DNA of 64,000 bases, from assembly GCA_016777225.1 (NCBI GenBank), contig JADHRW010000001.1:170981-234980 (forward strand), written 5' to 3'. The DNA is from Candidatus Thalassarchaeum sp. Its GTDB lineage: Archaea; Thermoplasmatota; Poseidoniia; Poseidoniales; Thalassarchaeaceae. The position numbers and the translations under genes are program-made. The first letter of the stretch is position 1; each line of letters opens with the position of its first letter. Under the pieces are notes generated by a model. It had not been told where the DNA came from. It did no database searches and worked only from the letters and a program-made list of their open reading frames with translations. Shown piece by piece: positions 1 through 9,073 of the stretch.

Positions 1-71
1 CATTGAATCAATGATTTATACGCAATCAATATCACACATTGTAATTCTCGGACATATGGAGGAGAAGGCAT

Positions 72-1037
72 TTGCAGGTAGATATAGTACTGTTAGACAA
101 TCTCTACAGGTCTAAATTAATGTCATTAAGAGACCAAGCGGAAGAGTTGAAGATTAGTAAATCCGGTTCAGTAGAAGTCCTGAGGTCGAGAATGATACAG
201 TTACAAATCCTAGATGATTTAGATTTGTCTTGGGATGGTATTCAATCTATGCCGCATAAAGAAATCGGAGAAGTTTTGAAAGTTTTTGGAATTAAGTCAT
301 CAGGTTCACATAAAGAAAGGAGACAGAGACTATGGTTGCACCTCAATTTTGATTCAAGAAGGATGACTATTGAAAGATTGGCAGAATTAGATAGAGAAAA
401 ATTACATGAAATGTGCCAATATTTAGAGTTGCCACTAACAGGAAATAGAACTGTATTGATGGGTAGAGTTGCCGGAGTATTGACTAGTCAATCTAAGGCT
501 TGGGGCAGAATCAAAAGAAGTTTAAGAAGAGGTGGAATATCGAAAAAATCTCAAGTAACAAAGAGTATCTCTGAGTCAAATAATATTGTGATTTTGAATA
601 ATGAATTTGATTTAGATAAAGATATAGGAAAAAATAAAATTGAAGAATCATCTAATGCGGCTCTGGAAGATGCATATGATTCTCTACTAATTGGCTTTGA
701 AGATGCAGACTTCACAACTCAAGGAGACATCTTAACTATTCAAGCTAGAGTTGAAGATTTAGATAGAATGATAGGCACTATTATCAAAAGTCATGAGGGT
801 TTTTGGGGCGAAAAAGAAAAAGATTTACTCCTTAGACTGGCAGTAAGAAGAGGTTGGCCTTTATCAAACGATAAAGTAAAACAAAGGTTATCGTTAGTAG
901 CAACTAATATTGCAGAAATCAAAGGAGCCGAAATGGGTGTGTCGGCAAAAAGTAGCATAAAAGATTCAGATACTATTGAAAGAGTTAGGGGGAAACTATC
1001 AATGATAGATAATATACTTGCGAATAAAGAAAAATAA
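72..1037 (+). CDS. Hypothetical DNA-binding protein with three tandem SAP/HeH-like motifs in the N-terminal half
   Basis: 321-aa ORF. Three ~35-aa repeats have a SAP/Rho-N-like pattern (LxxL..AEELKIS.SGS.EVLRSRMIQL; EIGEVLKVFGIKSSGSHKERRQRLWLHL; LAELDREKLHEMCQYLELPLTGNRTVLMGRV). The C-terminal half has no recognisable motif. Its stop codon abuts the stop of the convergent RPA32-like gene. Confidence 0.45.
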   Translation: MQVDIVLLDNLYRSKLMSLRDQAEELKISKSGSVEVLRSRMIQLQILDDLDLSWDGIQSMPHKEIGEVLKVFGIKSSGSHKERRQRLWLHLNFDSRRMTIERLAELDREKLHEMCQYLELPLTGNRTVLMGRVAGVLTSQSKAWGRIKRSLRRGGISKKSQVTKSISESNNIVILNNEFDLDKDIGKNKIEESSNAALEDAYDSLLIGFEDADFTTQGDILTIQARVEDLDRMIGTIIKSHEGFWGEKEKDLLLRLAVRRGWPLSNDKVKQRLSLVATNIAEIKGAEMGVSAKSSIKDSDTIERVRGKLSMIDNILANKEK

Positions 1038-2024
1038 TCAGTCTAGAATTTGGAAGAATCCAAATCTAGGCTCGATTATTTGACACTTTATATCTCTAAG
1101 GTCTTCAATCGCGTCTTCTGATGATTCTCTAGAAAATCCAGCCTCAGTACAAGCAAGAACTATCGAATCATACGGAATTCCATCTACATTAGATGAATTT
1201 CTCACTACACTAAGAATTAAATCTTCGACATTACCTTGTGGTGCTAAATTAGATTTATTCACAATATCTTCTGATTCATTGGATGAAAATATTCCTTCGG
1301 ATACAGATGGTTGTGATTCTTGAACGGATGGAGGCATCATTGTTTCAATATCTGCATTAGAATTTAGAGCCATTGAAAGACCTTGTAAAACACCCACTCT
1401 GTAACTTTCAGGATCAAACTCTCCATAATGTCCCTTAGCTAATATCATCCCTTCAATTAAATCAGATGGAACGCCAACTGATTCTAATGCATCAGAGTTA
1501 TTATCAGAACCTAATGATGCTGAATATGCAGCCAACCTTCTCAGAGTAGCAGCTGAAGTTTCTACTAACCAATTTACATAAACTTCTCTTTGAACTATAC
1601 AAAACTCTTCAGCGCGGAAAGATGTAAAAATCCCTCCATCATCACTTTCAAACCATCGTGCTCGACCTACCATCATCATCAAGAATCGGTCACCCGACTC
1701 AAATCGCGCGAGAAGCTCTTCAGCATCGGCATGTAATTCAGGTTGGAAGGGGGCTATTTGGAATCGGTGTACACCTCCAGTAGCATCCCTTAACTGACCG
1801 GAATAAGACGGGCCATTATCGCCATCTCTTCTTTCAAATCTATCGATAACTCCTCCGAAAAGTGCACGATTTATTTTCGCACCTAATTTCGTAATTATGA
1901 ATGAGGGCGCGTATTCACCAATTCCTTCTAAAGGAAGATTAGAATCTGAATATTCTTGAGCAAAAATACGGATTGCACTTTGTCGCCCTACTCTAATTTG
2001 ATTAATCATAGAAGCACCCCCCAT
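1038..2024 (-). CDS. RPA32-like single-stranded DNA-binding subunit (OB fold plus C-terminal winged-helix-like tail)
   Basis: 328-aa ORF overlapping the 3' end of the RPA gene by 19 nt, consistent with an operon. The OB-fold-like segment (ITKLGAKINRALFGGVIDRFERRDG...GQLRDATGGVH) resembles the RPA2 DNA-binding domain. The C-terminal segment (EAGFSRESSEDAIEDLRDIKCQIIEP) is winged-helix-like. Confidence 0.4.
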   Translation of the reverse strand: MGGASMINQIRVGRQSAIRIFAQEYSDSNLPLEGIGEYAPSFIITKLGAKINRALFGGVIDRFERRDGDNGPSYSGQLRDATGGVHRFQIAPFQPELHADAEELLARFESGDRFLMMMVGRARWFESDDGGIFTSFRAEEFCIVQREVYVNWLVETSAATLRRLAAYSASLGSDNNSDALESVGVPSDLIEGMILAKGHYGEFDPESYRVGVLQGLSMALNSNADIETMMPPSVQESQPSVSEGIFSSNESEDIVNKSNLAPQGNVEDLILSVVRNSSNVDGIPYDSIVLACTEAGFSRESSEDAIEDLRDIKCQIIEPRFGFFQILD

Positions 2025-3697
2025 TCCTGCATTACTAGATTAGCGGCATCTTCATTTGAAGTATTATCAAAAGTAACTTCCTCTGCTAATACCATAGCCC
2101 CTTGAGTATCAACTAATGAGCGACCATGGATTATTACTTTTCTAGCGAGATAATTATTTCTAATTTCAGAAAGGAAATCTTCATGGCCGGTTTTTGATAT
2201 CTTCTCTTTGACAATTTCTTGAGACATGTTTAATAATTTCTCAGATGGATCTTTAGCCATTATTAAGGGAGCATTGTGAACTCCATTATCAACGACAAAC
2301 TTCAACCTCAGATCTTCAACACCATGTTGTGCCCCATGATCAATACAAGCGCCATCTCGAAGAATTCTACGACACTCAGGGCATCGATGTATTATTCCAG
2401 AATCTGCTCTTATAGCTACAATAGTACCTCTTGTTTTGATACCTCTCCTAGAACCACTAGTAACTAAGTCAGATAATTCAATATCGACCCAATGTTGTTC
2501 TGGATCAATTGCTTCCCAGGGAGCATCTGTTAGATTGGAAACTTGATCAGAGGAATCAACAACAAGATCTGGAGAACCTTGCCAAAACTGAACACGAGCA
2601 TTTGTCAAATGTAAGAAATCACCTGGCTTTGGGTCTATTTCACACCAAGCAGTAAGTCGACACCTTCCAGTAGGGTCCATCACATCTCCACTTCTGACGA
2701 TTTTCTCTTCACCATCAGAATTAGTAAATGTACGAGATTGCCATGATTCTACTTGAACTGTAGTGATTACATCTTTCATTCCATTTCTCAAATCACCAAT
2801 TTTAGAAGTTGTAATTTGAGATAATTCTTCTGTACTGGCAAAATTATTATCATGATATTTCTCGATTTTTGTTCTATCGTTAATATTAACTTCAGGTGTT
2901 TCTCTGAATTTTCTGATCATAGCACCTTCAATCTTGACTAAATCCCCAATTTCATGATTAACTGGAACCCAAGAAAGAAAGCTTATGTTGCCAGAAGAAT
3001 CAGCAAATGTACCTCTAAATATATCTAGACTACCACTGCCATCTCTTTTCACTATGACATCTGGTTTGAGCGAAATTATTCTAGCAAGTAGAGTTACATA
3101 TCCTTCATTTTCCGATGCCTTCTCTATTGTAACTGGTTCATCACTCATAGGAGCAACGGCAGGACCGCCTTCTCGAAGAACGGTAACTCTACTTCCTCGA
3201 TTAATATTTATCGAACGTTTGTCATTCCATTCATTAACTGAAACACCTTCAAGTCTGACAACTGAATTTGGTGCAAGATTTTCTGAATGAGCACCCCAAT
3301 CTTTGAAATCCCACCTTTCTCTTTTATCATTAGATTCCCAAGGATTATCTTCAATCCAACCAAATGCAATTTGCTTTTCTTCGCCTCTAACCATTTGGAT
3401 GCGAGGGACATAGGTTACAACCGCAACTTCGATTGTTACATTCTTATCTTCTGAACCTAAGTCTGAGAAACGGTCTACTTTCTTTTCAACTCTTGCAGGA
3501 GTTGAAGAAATAGATGAAACTTCTTTACCTGAAGCTTTCTGAAATTTCATAATAACGGATCTAACAGCATCATTAGGTTCTATCAGGAATTCTTCTTGAT
3601 AACGCCTAAATTCTTCAGCAATTTCTTTATCATCTGCGTCTTTACATTCTTCTTTAACTAAAGCAACTTGCGCTGCATATTTCTCATAATCTGTCAT
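2006..3697 (-). CDS. rpa: Replication protein A (archaeal RPA1-like, multiple OB folds with an embedded C4 zinc ribbon)
   Basis: 563-aa ORF with repeated OB-fold-like blocks. It carries a Cys4 zinc ribbon (HRCPECRRILRDGACIDHG) of the kind found in euryarchaeal RPA. It sits in an operon with the RPA32-like gene. Confidence 0.6.
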   Translation of the reverse strand: MTDYEKYAAQVALVKEECKDADDKEIAEEFRRYQEEFLIEPNDAVRSVIMKFQKASGKEVSSISSTPARVEKKVDRFSDLGSEDKNVTIEVAVVTYVPRIQMVRGEEKQIAFGWIEDNPWESNDKRERWDFKDWGAHSENLAPNSVVRLEGVSVNEWNDKRSININRGSRVTVLREGGPAVAPMSDEPVTIEKASENEGYVTLLARIISLKPDVIVKRDGSGSLDIFRGTFADSSGNISFLSWVPVNHEIGDLVKIEGAMIRKFRETPEVNINDRTKIEKYHDNNFASTEELSQITTSKIGDLRNGMKDVITTVQVESWQSRTFTNSDGEEKIVRSGDVMDPTGRCRLTAWCEIDPKPGDFLHLTNARVQFWQGSPDLVVDSSDQVSNLTDAPWEAIDPEQHWVDIELSDLVTSGSRRGIKTRGTIVAIRADSGIIHRCPECRRILRDGACIDHGAQHGVEDLRLKFVVDNGVHNAPLIMAKDPSEKLLNMSQEIVKEKISKTGHEDFLSEIRNNYLARKVIIHGRSLVDTQGAMVLAEEVTFDNTSNEDAANLVMQEWGVLL

Positions 3698-3937
3698 AAT
3701 ACTACACCTACATCAGGATTGTAATGGTGAGACTACTTCTAAAACCGATGCAAATGCCAAAAAGACTGATTCTTGATGGATAAATGGGGTATAGCAACGG
3801 CGTGTATGTTTGGGTAGACTCAACACTTGCAACCTCCGGGAGGTCTTTGCTAGCGTGGAGGTCCTTGAACATGTTCATTACTTTGTCAAAGATTTGGACC
3901 GATGGCGTTTTGATTCAATGCTGTTTATAGGAGAACA

Positions 3938-4489
3938 ATGGTAGGCGAGGATTTCTGTAGATTCGGAATTTTAACTGCATCTGACAGAGCAAGTTCAGGA
4001 GATTATGAAGATCTTAGTGGACCGGCCATAGAAGATTTTTTGCATGAAGCAGTATCATCGTCTTGGGAAGTGATTAGGATAATTGTTCCAGATGAGCAAT
4101 CAGAAATCGAGGAAGCATTGTGCGACCTATCTGATAATCAAAAATGTTCTATAATTCTCACAACAGGAGGTACTGGACCAGCACCTAGGGATGTTTCACC
4201 AGAAGCAACCAATGCAGTATGTCAAAAGATGCTACCAGGATTTGGAGAGCAAATGAGAAATATTTCTTTGAAATATGTCCCTACTGCTATATTATCAAGA
4301 CAAACGGCGGGAATAAGAGGCAGTACTCTGATAATTAATTTACCAGGCTCTCCACGATCAATAAGAGAGATTCTAGATGAGATATTTGCTGCTGTCCCTT
4401 ATTGTGTAGACTTGATTGATGGCCCTTATATTACAACACATCCAGAGGTAGTAAAATCATTCAGACCGGCTCATGCTAGAAGAGAATGA
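3938..4489 (+). CDS. mogA: Molybdopterin adenylyltransferase / molybdenum cofactor biosynthesis protein MogA/MoaB
   Basis: 183-aa ORF carrying the MogA/MoaB signature ILTTGGTGPAPRDVSPEAT. Confidence 0.75.
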   Translation: MVGEDFCRFGILTASDRASSGDYEDLSGPAIEDFLHEAVSSSWEVIRIIVPDEQSEIEEALCDLSDNQKCSIILTTGGTGPAPRDVSPEATNAVCQKMLPGFGEQMRNISLKYVPTAILSRQTAGIRGSTLIINLPGSPRSIREILDEIFAAVPYCVDLIDGPYITTHPEVVKSFRPAHARRE

Positions 4490-5346
4490 TTCATGAGAGG
4501 GTGTTTAACCGGCCGACTATGGCTAAGATGAAGAGTGGCGATTTCGAGACAGATAGAGAACAGGATGAATTGAGAGAAATCGAGGTGACTCTAGATTTCA
4601 CACCCAATGCTCTGGCATCCATATTATACCGTCAAGGCAATACAGTTATTCTGGCATGTGTAACTAAAGCAGATGGTTTGCCAAGATGGTTCCCCCGAGA
4701 TTCTAATAGAGGCTGGGTACATGCAGAATATTCATTATTACCTGGTTCAACTGATAGTAGATTCCGTAGAGAAAGAGGCGGCGCTAAGGGAAGAACTCAG
4801 GAAATTGAGAGATTAATTGCTCGCTCATTAAGGGGTGCAATTGATTTAGAACAACTCGGACCTTTGGCATTAACAGTTGATTGTGATGTACTAAATGCCG
4901 ATGGAGGCACAAGATGTGCATCAATTACTGCTGCATGTATAGCACTGAGACTTGCAGTTCGTAGATTAATTTCTAAAGGCGAGTGTTTGCCTAAAGAATT
5001 GAGACCCAGCCGTGAAGATTTGAAGAATGGATGGAAAGCTCCTAAATTAACCGATGAACAAAAGATGGCGCATGAAAACTCAGTAATCAGCAATAATGTA
5101 GCTGCGATAAGTGTTGGATTAATGGGAGATGAAATATATCTTGATTTAGACTACATTCTAGATAGTAATGCAGATGTTGACATGAATGTTGTAATGACAA
5201 GTAATGGAGAATTTGTAGAAGTCCAAGGAACAGGAGAGGAATCAACATATACGCGAAAACAACTCGATGCATTGCTCAATATGGCCGAAAAAGGCAATTT
5301 AGCACTACATGAAATGCAGATGGAAGTACTTTCAGAAGCAAATTGA
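4486..5346 (+). CDS. rph: Ribonuclease PH (bacterial-type, RNase PH family)
   Basis: 286-aa ORF. It has the motifs DGR..ELR.IEV, AEYSLLPGSTDSR..RE...KGRTQEIERLIARSLRGAIDLEQLG and VDCDVLNADGGTRCASITAACIAL, which match the E. coli RNase PH pattern. It overlaps the mogA stop (ATGA). Confidence 0.8.
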   Translation: MIHERVFNRPTMAKMKSGDFETDREQDELREIEVTLDFTPNALASILYRQGNTVILACVTKADGLPRWFPRDSNRGWVHAEYSLLPGSTDSRFRRERGGAKGRTQEIERLIARSLRGAIDLEQLGPLALTVDCDVLNADGGTRCASITAACIALRLAVRRLISKGECLPKELRPSREDLKNGWKAPKLTDEQKMAHENSVISNNVAAISVGLMGDEIYLDLDYILDSNADVDMNVVMTSNGEFVEVQGTGEESTYTRKQLDALLNMAEKGNLALHEMQMEVLSEAN

Positions 5347-5393
5347 GTTCTCGGAACAATTGAAGAGGAAAGAGCAGTGGCGTGGACGCTAAA

Positions 5394-5469
5394 GGGACTG
5401 TAGCTCAGCTGGGAGAGCGCCGCACTGAAGATGCGGAGGCCGCCGGTTCAAGTCCGGCCAGTCCCACCA
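5394..5469 (+). tRNA. tRNA-Phe (anticodon GAA), genomically encoded CCA
   Basis: Hand-folded cloverleaf: acceptor GGGACTG/CAGTCCC, D arm GCTC-AGCTGGGA-GAGC, anticodon stem CCGCA/TGCGG with loop CTGAAGA (anticodon GAA), T arm GCCGG-TTCAAGT-CCGGC, then ACCA. Confidence 0.85.
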
Positions 5470-5534
5470 GCAACTACTGAATTGACGTGTAGTGTTATAC
5501 AGTATTTGATTAAGTAAAGTTAATTCGGTATATT

Positions 5535-6101
5535 ATGGATATCTTTGAGGGACGTATCACATCATGCGGTTTCTCTTCAGGAGATAGGTTAGTAATTGGA
5601 TCTTGGAAAAAATCCCCATTTGGTATTTTTGCAGATATTATGTGGGCTAAATCAGATGGAACAAAGGTTCTTATTGCACCAAATAAAGAAATTGGAAATT
5701 ATATATCATCTATGTATAATTTTGATATTATCAAGATTGAAGAAATAAAGTTAGAAGAAACACAAAATATGATTAAATTAGAAACGGAAGATATTAATTG
5801 TTATTTTGAATGGAATAAGGGGATTCCATTCATAATTAAAAAAAGACCTTTGTGGTTTGTCGCAAGTATAGAATATTTCTTTGGGTGGTTGATGTTTAGA
5901 ACAAAAACACATGGAAAAACAAAAAATGGGAAGAAAGAATGGTACGTAGTAGACCGATTATCAAAATTAACTTTAGCAAAGGCATTTATTGGAGATAAAA
6001 ATTTAGGAGAATTCACAGATTTTTATCCAAAGGCAAACTTTGGTTTTAGTGACCCTCCAAAAATGCCATCCTCAGTGTTAGTAAGAAGCCATATTAAGTA
6101 A
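5535..6101 (+). CDS. Hypothetical protein in a low-GC islet
   Basis: 188-aa ORF with visibly lower GC (about 30%) than its flanks. It lies immediately 3' of tRNA-Phe and is Lys/Ile/Asn-rich. No recognisable motif. Confidence 0.4.
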   Translation: MDIFEGRITSCGFSSGDRLVIGSWKKSPFGIFADIMWAKSDGTKVLIAPNKEIGNYISSMYNFDIIKIEEIKLEETQNMIKLETEDINCYFEWNKGIPFIIKKRPLWFVASIEYFFGWLMFRTKTHGKTKNGKKEWYVVDRLSKLTLAKAFIGDKNLGEFTDFYPKANFGFSDPPKMPSSVLVRSHIK

Positions 6102-6111
6102 TTATCTGAAA

Positions 6112-7275
6112 TCAGAAAATATCATCATCATCATCATCTGAATCTTCAAAAGAAATCATCGAACTAGCAGCGACTTTCTTTGGTGCAACTTTCTTAGCAG
6201 ATGCTTCCGATTCAATTTCTTTTTCTTCAGCATTGGACTTTTCTTCAGAAGCTTGCCTTTCAAATTCTGCGATTTCATCTGCAGACATTCCAGACTGTCG
6301 GGCTAATTTAACACGGCGCTCATCACGTGCACGGATCTCCAGTAATCTCTGCCGAGCTTTATCATAATGCTGTAACATATACATTGCATCATGTTCAAGT
6401 AATGGAGAATCTGAAATTATAGTAATATCCAACCATTCTCCCTCTTCTGCTAAATATTCAGCAAATGGTTCGAATTTGAGATCCGATTTTTTAATTTGTG
6501 TATAATGTAATGCATTACCCATCCTATGTTCGACACCTGCGAAATGACAGTAAAATTTCTTCCCACCATAACTTTCTCTAACCAAATCAAATAATTCGGC
6601 ATAGTCTTCGCTTGTCTTCATTTTTCCATGTCCTCTAGCATGAATATGAGCCATATTGATTACGGGTACTGTCCCTTCAACATGATTACAAACTTCGAGA
6701 ACTTCTTCTATAGTTCCCCATAACTCTTGACGACCTGAAGTTTCAATTCCTACTAAGGAAGGCTCAGATTCATGTATCCACGGAAATGCAGCATAATCTA
6801 ACTCTTCTTTAGCAACTCCCCAAATAGACCTAACTCTATCTACTACACCAGAGAATACATTTGCTACTTGCTCATTAGCACTTGTACCAGGTTCATAATC
6901 ACCATAAGGTCCAACATGGTATGTTAAATGACGAGCATTGAGGATTTTACCTGCTTGCATACTTGATTCCATTTTCAATAAACTTCGATTACGCTCTCTA
7001 CGGTTGCCAAGAAGTTCTGCATAATAGGGTCCATGAATATTCATTTCAATATCTGAATCCCAAGAAAGAATACCTGCTTGCCAATATTGATCGAAATGTT
7101 TTGGTTGAACAGTGCGGACTGTTTGAATCTCCATTGCATCTAAACCAAGGACTGTAATATCGTCCATTCCCTCTACAATAGTTCTACCTTTGCATGATAA
7201 TGGCACACCGGCCGGACCTAATCGTAGTGGCATACTTACATCCCCCGAGGGTTGGCCGAAAGGGTGACCCTTCAA
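6112..7275 (-). CDS. AP endonuclease family 2 / xylose-isomerase-like TIM-barrel protein (Endonuclease IV-like) with a poly-Asp C-terminal tail
   Basis: 387-aa ORF. The segment GIETSGRQELWGTIEEVLEVCNHVEGTVPVINMAHIHA resembles the Nfo metal-binding region (ENTAGQG...CIDTCHA). The protein ends in an acidic tail, DDDDDDIF. Confidence 0.4.
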   Translation of the reverse strand: MKGHPFGQPSGDVSMPLRLGPAGVPLSCKGRTIVEGMDDITVLGLDAMEIQTVRTVQPKHFDQYWQAGILSWDSDIEMNIHGPYYAELLGNRRERNRSLLKMESSMQAGKILNARHLTYHVGPYGDYEPGTSANEQVANVFSGVVDRVRSIWGVAKEELDYAAFPWIHESEPSLVGIETSGRQELWGTIEEVLEVCNHVEGTVPVINMAHIHARGHGKMKTSEDYAELFDLVRESYGGKKFYCHFAGVEHRMGNALHYTQIKKSDLKFEPFAEYLAEEGEWLDITIISDSPLLEHDAMYMLQHYDKARQRLLEIRARDERRVKLARQSGMSADEIAEFERQASEEKSNAEEKEIESEASAKKVAPKKVAASSMISFEDSDDDDDDIF

Positions 7276-7346
7276 AAGGGATTGTTGCTACTAGTCCCCT
7301 TTTAGTTTATCAAAAAATATTCTTATTTAGTCATTAAACTCTAATA

Positions 7347-8018
7347 TTATGATAAACAAGCACTTTTTACACCTGAATTACCAGATTCAGAGATAGGAAG
7401 ATTACAAATGAACCTAGCCAACCATTCTAGTGGTTCTAGAGGTTCGTCAGTCACTACATCAATAGAACCTAGTGAATGTTCAACTAAAGCTCTATTTTGA
7501 TTCTTGATGTAGCAACATACATGAGGCACTAATCCTCTATTTCGAATTTCTTTCAATAGATTATTAACGGAAACTCCTTCTAATTTAGATACTGCATCTA
7601 AAGCCTCAGGGGTTAGGAATAAAACATGAATTTGACGTATTCTATTTATGACAAAACCCCATGATTCACTAAGATCTTGAGGGTTATTAGGTACATCAAC
7701 AATCATTACCATTCTAGCGCCTTCTAATTCTCCAAATGTCATTCCTGCACCCAAAGCAGATTTAGGAGACTCACCTGAAAGAATTGTCTCTGCAGAATTA
7801 ACTAGCCAGTGTATACCATTTGTTAACTTTCGCCAATTTATCACACCATGATTAAACATTGAAAATGATTCGCCATCACCACTAGTTAGAAAATTAGTTT
7901 TAGCACCTAATGATTGGCAATTAGATAATACAGCATGCGCATTATCGGTCAGAGAAGGGTCACCAAAGGCTACTATCTGGATGTCAGAAATTGGCATTCG
8001 CATCAATCCATTTTCCAT
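7347..8018 (-). CDS. Hypothetical protein, possibly MptE-like (DUF115) 6-hydroxymethyl-dihydropterin pyrophosphokinase family
   Basis: 223-aa ORF overlapping the Pelota stop. The N-terminal IQIVAFGDPSLTD resembles the GxGPSL motif of DUF115/MptE. This is a weak assignment. Confidence 0.3.
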   Translation of the reverse strand: MENGLMRMPISDIQIVAFGDPSLTDNAHAVLSNCQSLGAKTNFLTSGDGESFSMFNHGVINWRKLTNGIHWLVNSAETILSGESPKSALGAGMTFGELEGARMVMIVDVPNNPQDLSESWGFVINRIRQIHVLFLTPEALDAVSKLEGVSVNNLLKEIRNRGLVPHVCCYIKNQNRALVEHSLGSIDVVTDEPLEPLEWLARFICNLPISESGNSGVKSACLS

Positions 8019-9061
8019 CTAAGTAAAGCTAATGCTCCACCTAATCCCATTAATTGTTGAGCAGAGTCATGATCTTGTGAAACTTGAATTATACGCCCGC
8101 TCGAAACCTCAATGAGTTCTAATATTGATTCCCAAATATTTCTAATCTCAGAGTCAGGATTGCGTAAAAGTTGTGCATCAATCGCAAGAACTTCTATTGC
8201 ACCGGCATCTGCAGCTTCAGAAATAAATTTCAAACCAAAGGCTACAGCACCATTTGTTGATATTCTCTTTAGTCCTTCTTCTATTGTTTTAATTTGTGAT
8301 ACAAGAGCGTGTTCTCCCAGAAAAGCATCCGCTAGGCCGTCAGCAAGCACTTCATTCGCAGCGGGTCTCCCACCGATAGATGCAGCTACATTGAGAACCT
8401 GATTTTTGGCGCCAATGCCTCTTAACATAGATTCAAATTGTTCTCTTGCAAGACCTGGGCCGCAAATAACTAAAGGGATATTCTCGGTAAAAACTAATGA
8501 TGTTTCTTTGGCGACTTTTTCAAAGAAATTTTTCCTCACACTGGTTGAATCAGAAGTTCTTTTTCCACCCCCGCGCATACTAAACTGAGAAACATCTCTA
8601 ATTCCATGAGAAGTTACTTCGAAGAGTATTATCTCGTCATTCTCGACTACTATTAATCCTGACTTAGCCTTAGAACCAGTTTTTATGGTCTCTTTTAGAA
8701 GTGCCATATCTGATTTGACTAAACCTCCAGAAAAGGTCAGTTCTATTTCGTCACCAGCAGATATTATGTGAGTATGATGAAGGCCTATGTCGAATTTAGC
8801 CTCTCTAATTGTACCATGCGCCCTTAGATTATCTGTAAATGCTTGAAACTCTGTTTTCTCGACATCAAGTACTATCCACATAGGTTTTCTTTCAGCACTT
8901 TTAGCACGACCATCTTCTTGGGTGCCAGTGGTTGAATCTCTTCGATGAGATAGCATACCAAGTATTGATTGGGGGCGACATAATTGAGCGAGTACCCAGA
9001 GATCATCTTCGGAATCAATCCTTAGACGGACACCTTCATCGAGTTTCTTAATTTGTCGCAC
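8003..9061 (-). CDS. pelA: Pelota/Dom34-like mRNA surveillance protein
   Basis: 352-aa ORF. The N-terminal domain carries the DDLW motif (SEDDLWVLAQL), and the domain organisation is eRF1-like. Confidence 0.65.
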   Translation of the reverse strand: MRQIKKLDEGVRLRIDSEDDLWVLAQLCRPQSILGMLSHRRDSTTGTQEDGRAKSAERKPMWIVLDVEKTEFQAFTDNLRAHGTIREAKFDIGLHHTHIISAGDEIELTFSGGLVKSDMALLKETIKTGSKAKSGLIVVENDEIILFEVTSHGIRDVSQFSMRGGGKRTSDSTSVRKNFFEKVAKETSLVFTENIPLVICGPGLAREQFESMLRGIGAKNQVLNVAASIGGRPAANEVLADGLADAFLGEHALVSQIKTIEEGLKRISTNGAVAFGLKFISEAADAGAIEVLAIDAQLLRNPDSEIRNIWESILELIEVSSGRIIQVSQDHDSAQQLMGLGGALALLRWKMD

Positions 9062-9073
9062 ACAATCACAACC

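Noticed and set aside
2276-3411. Short ORFs from the six-frame track lying inside long well-supported genes on the opposite strand (2276..2467, 2985..3290, 3208..3411), and similar nested ORFs throughout (4797..5093, 5087..5272, 6963..7157, 8112..8588, 11160..11432, 23128..24165, 35278..36025, 38680..39707 and others)
   Set aside because: They are antisense to, or overlap, genes with strong homology signals. They are short, have odd composition and no motifs, so I treat them as spurious.
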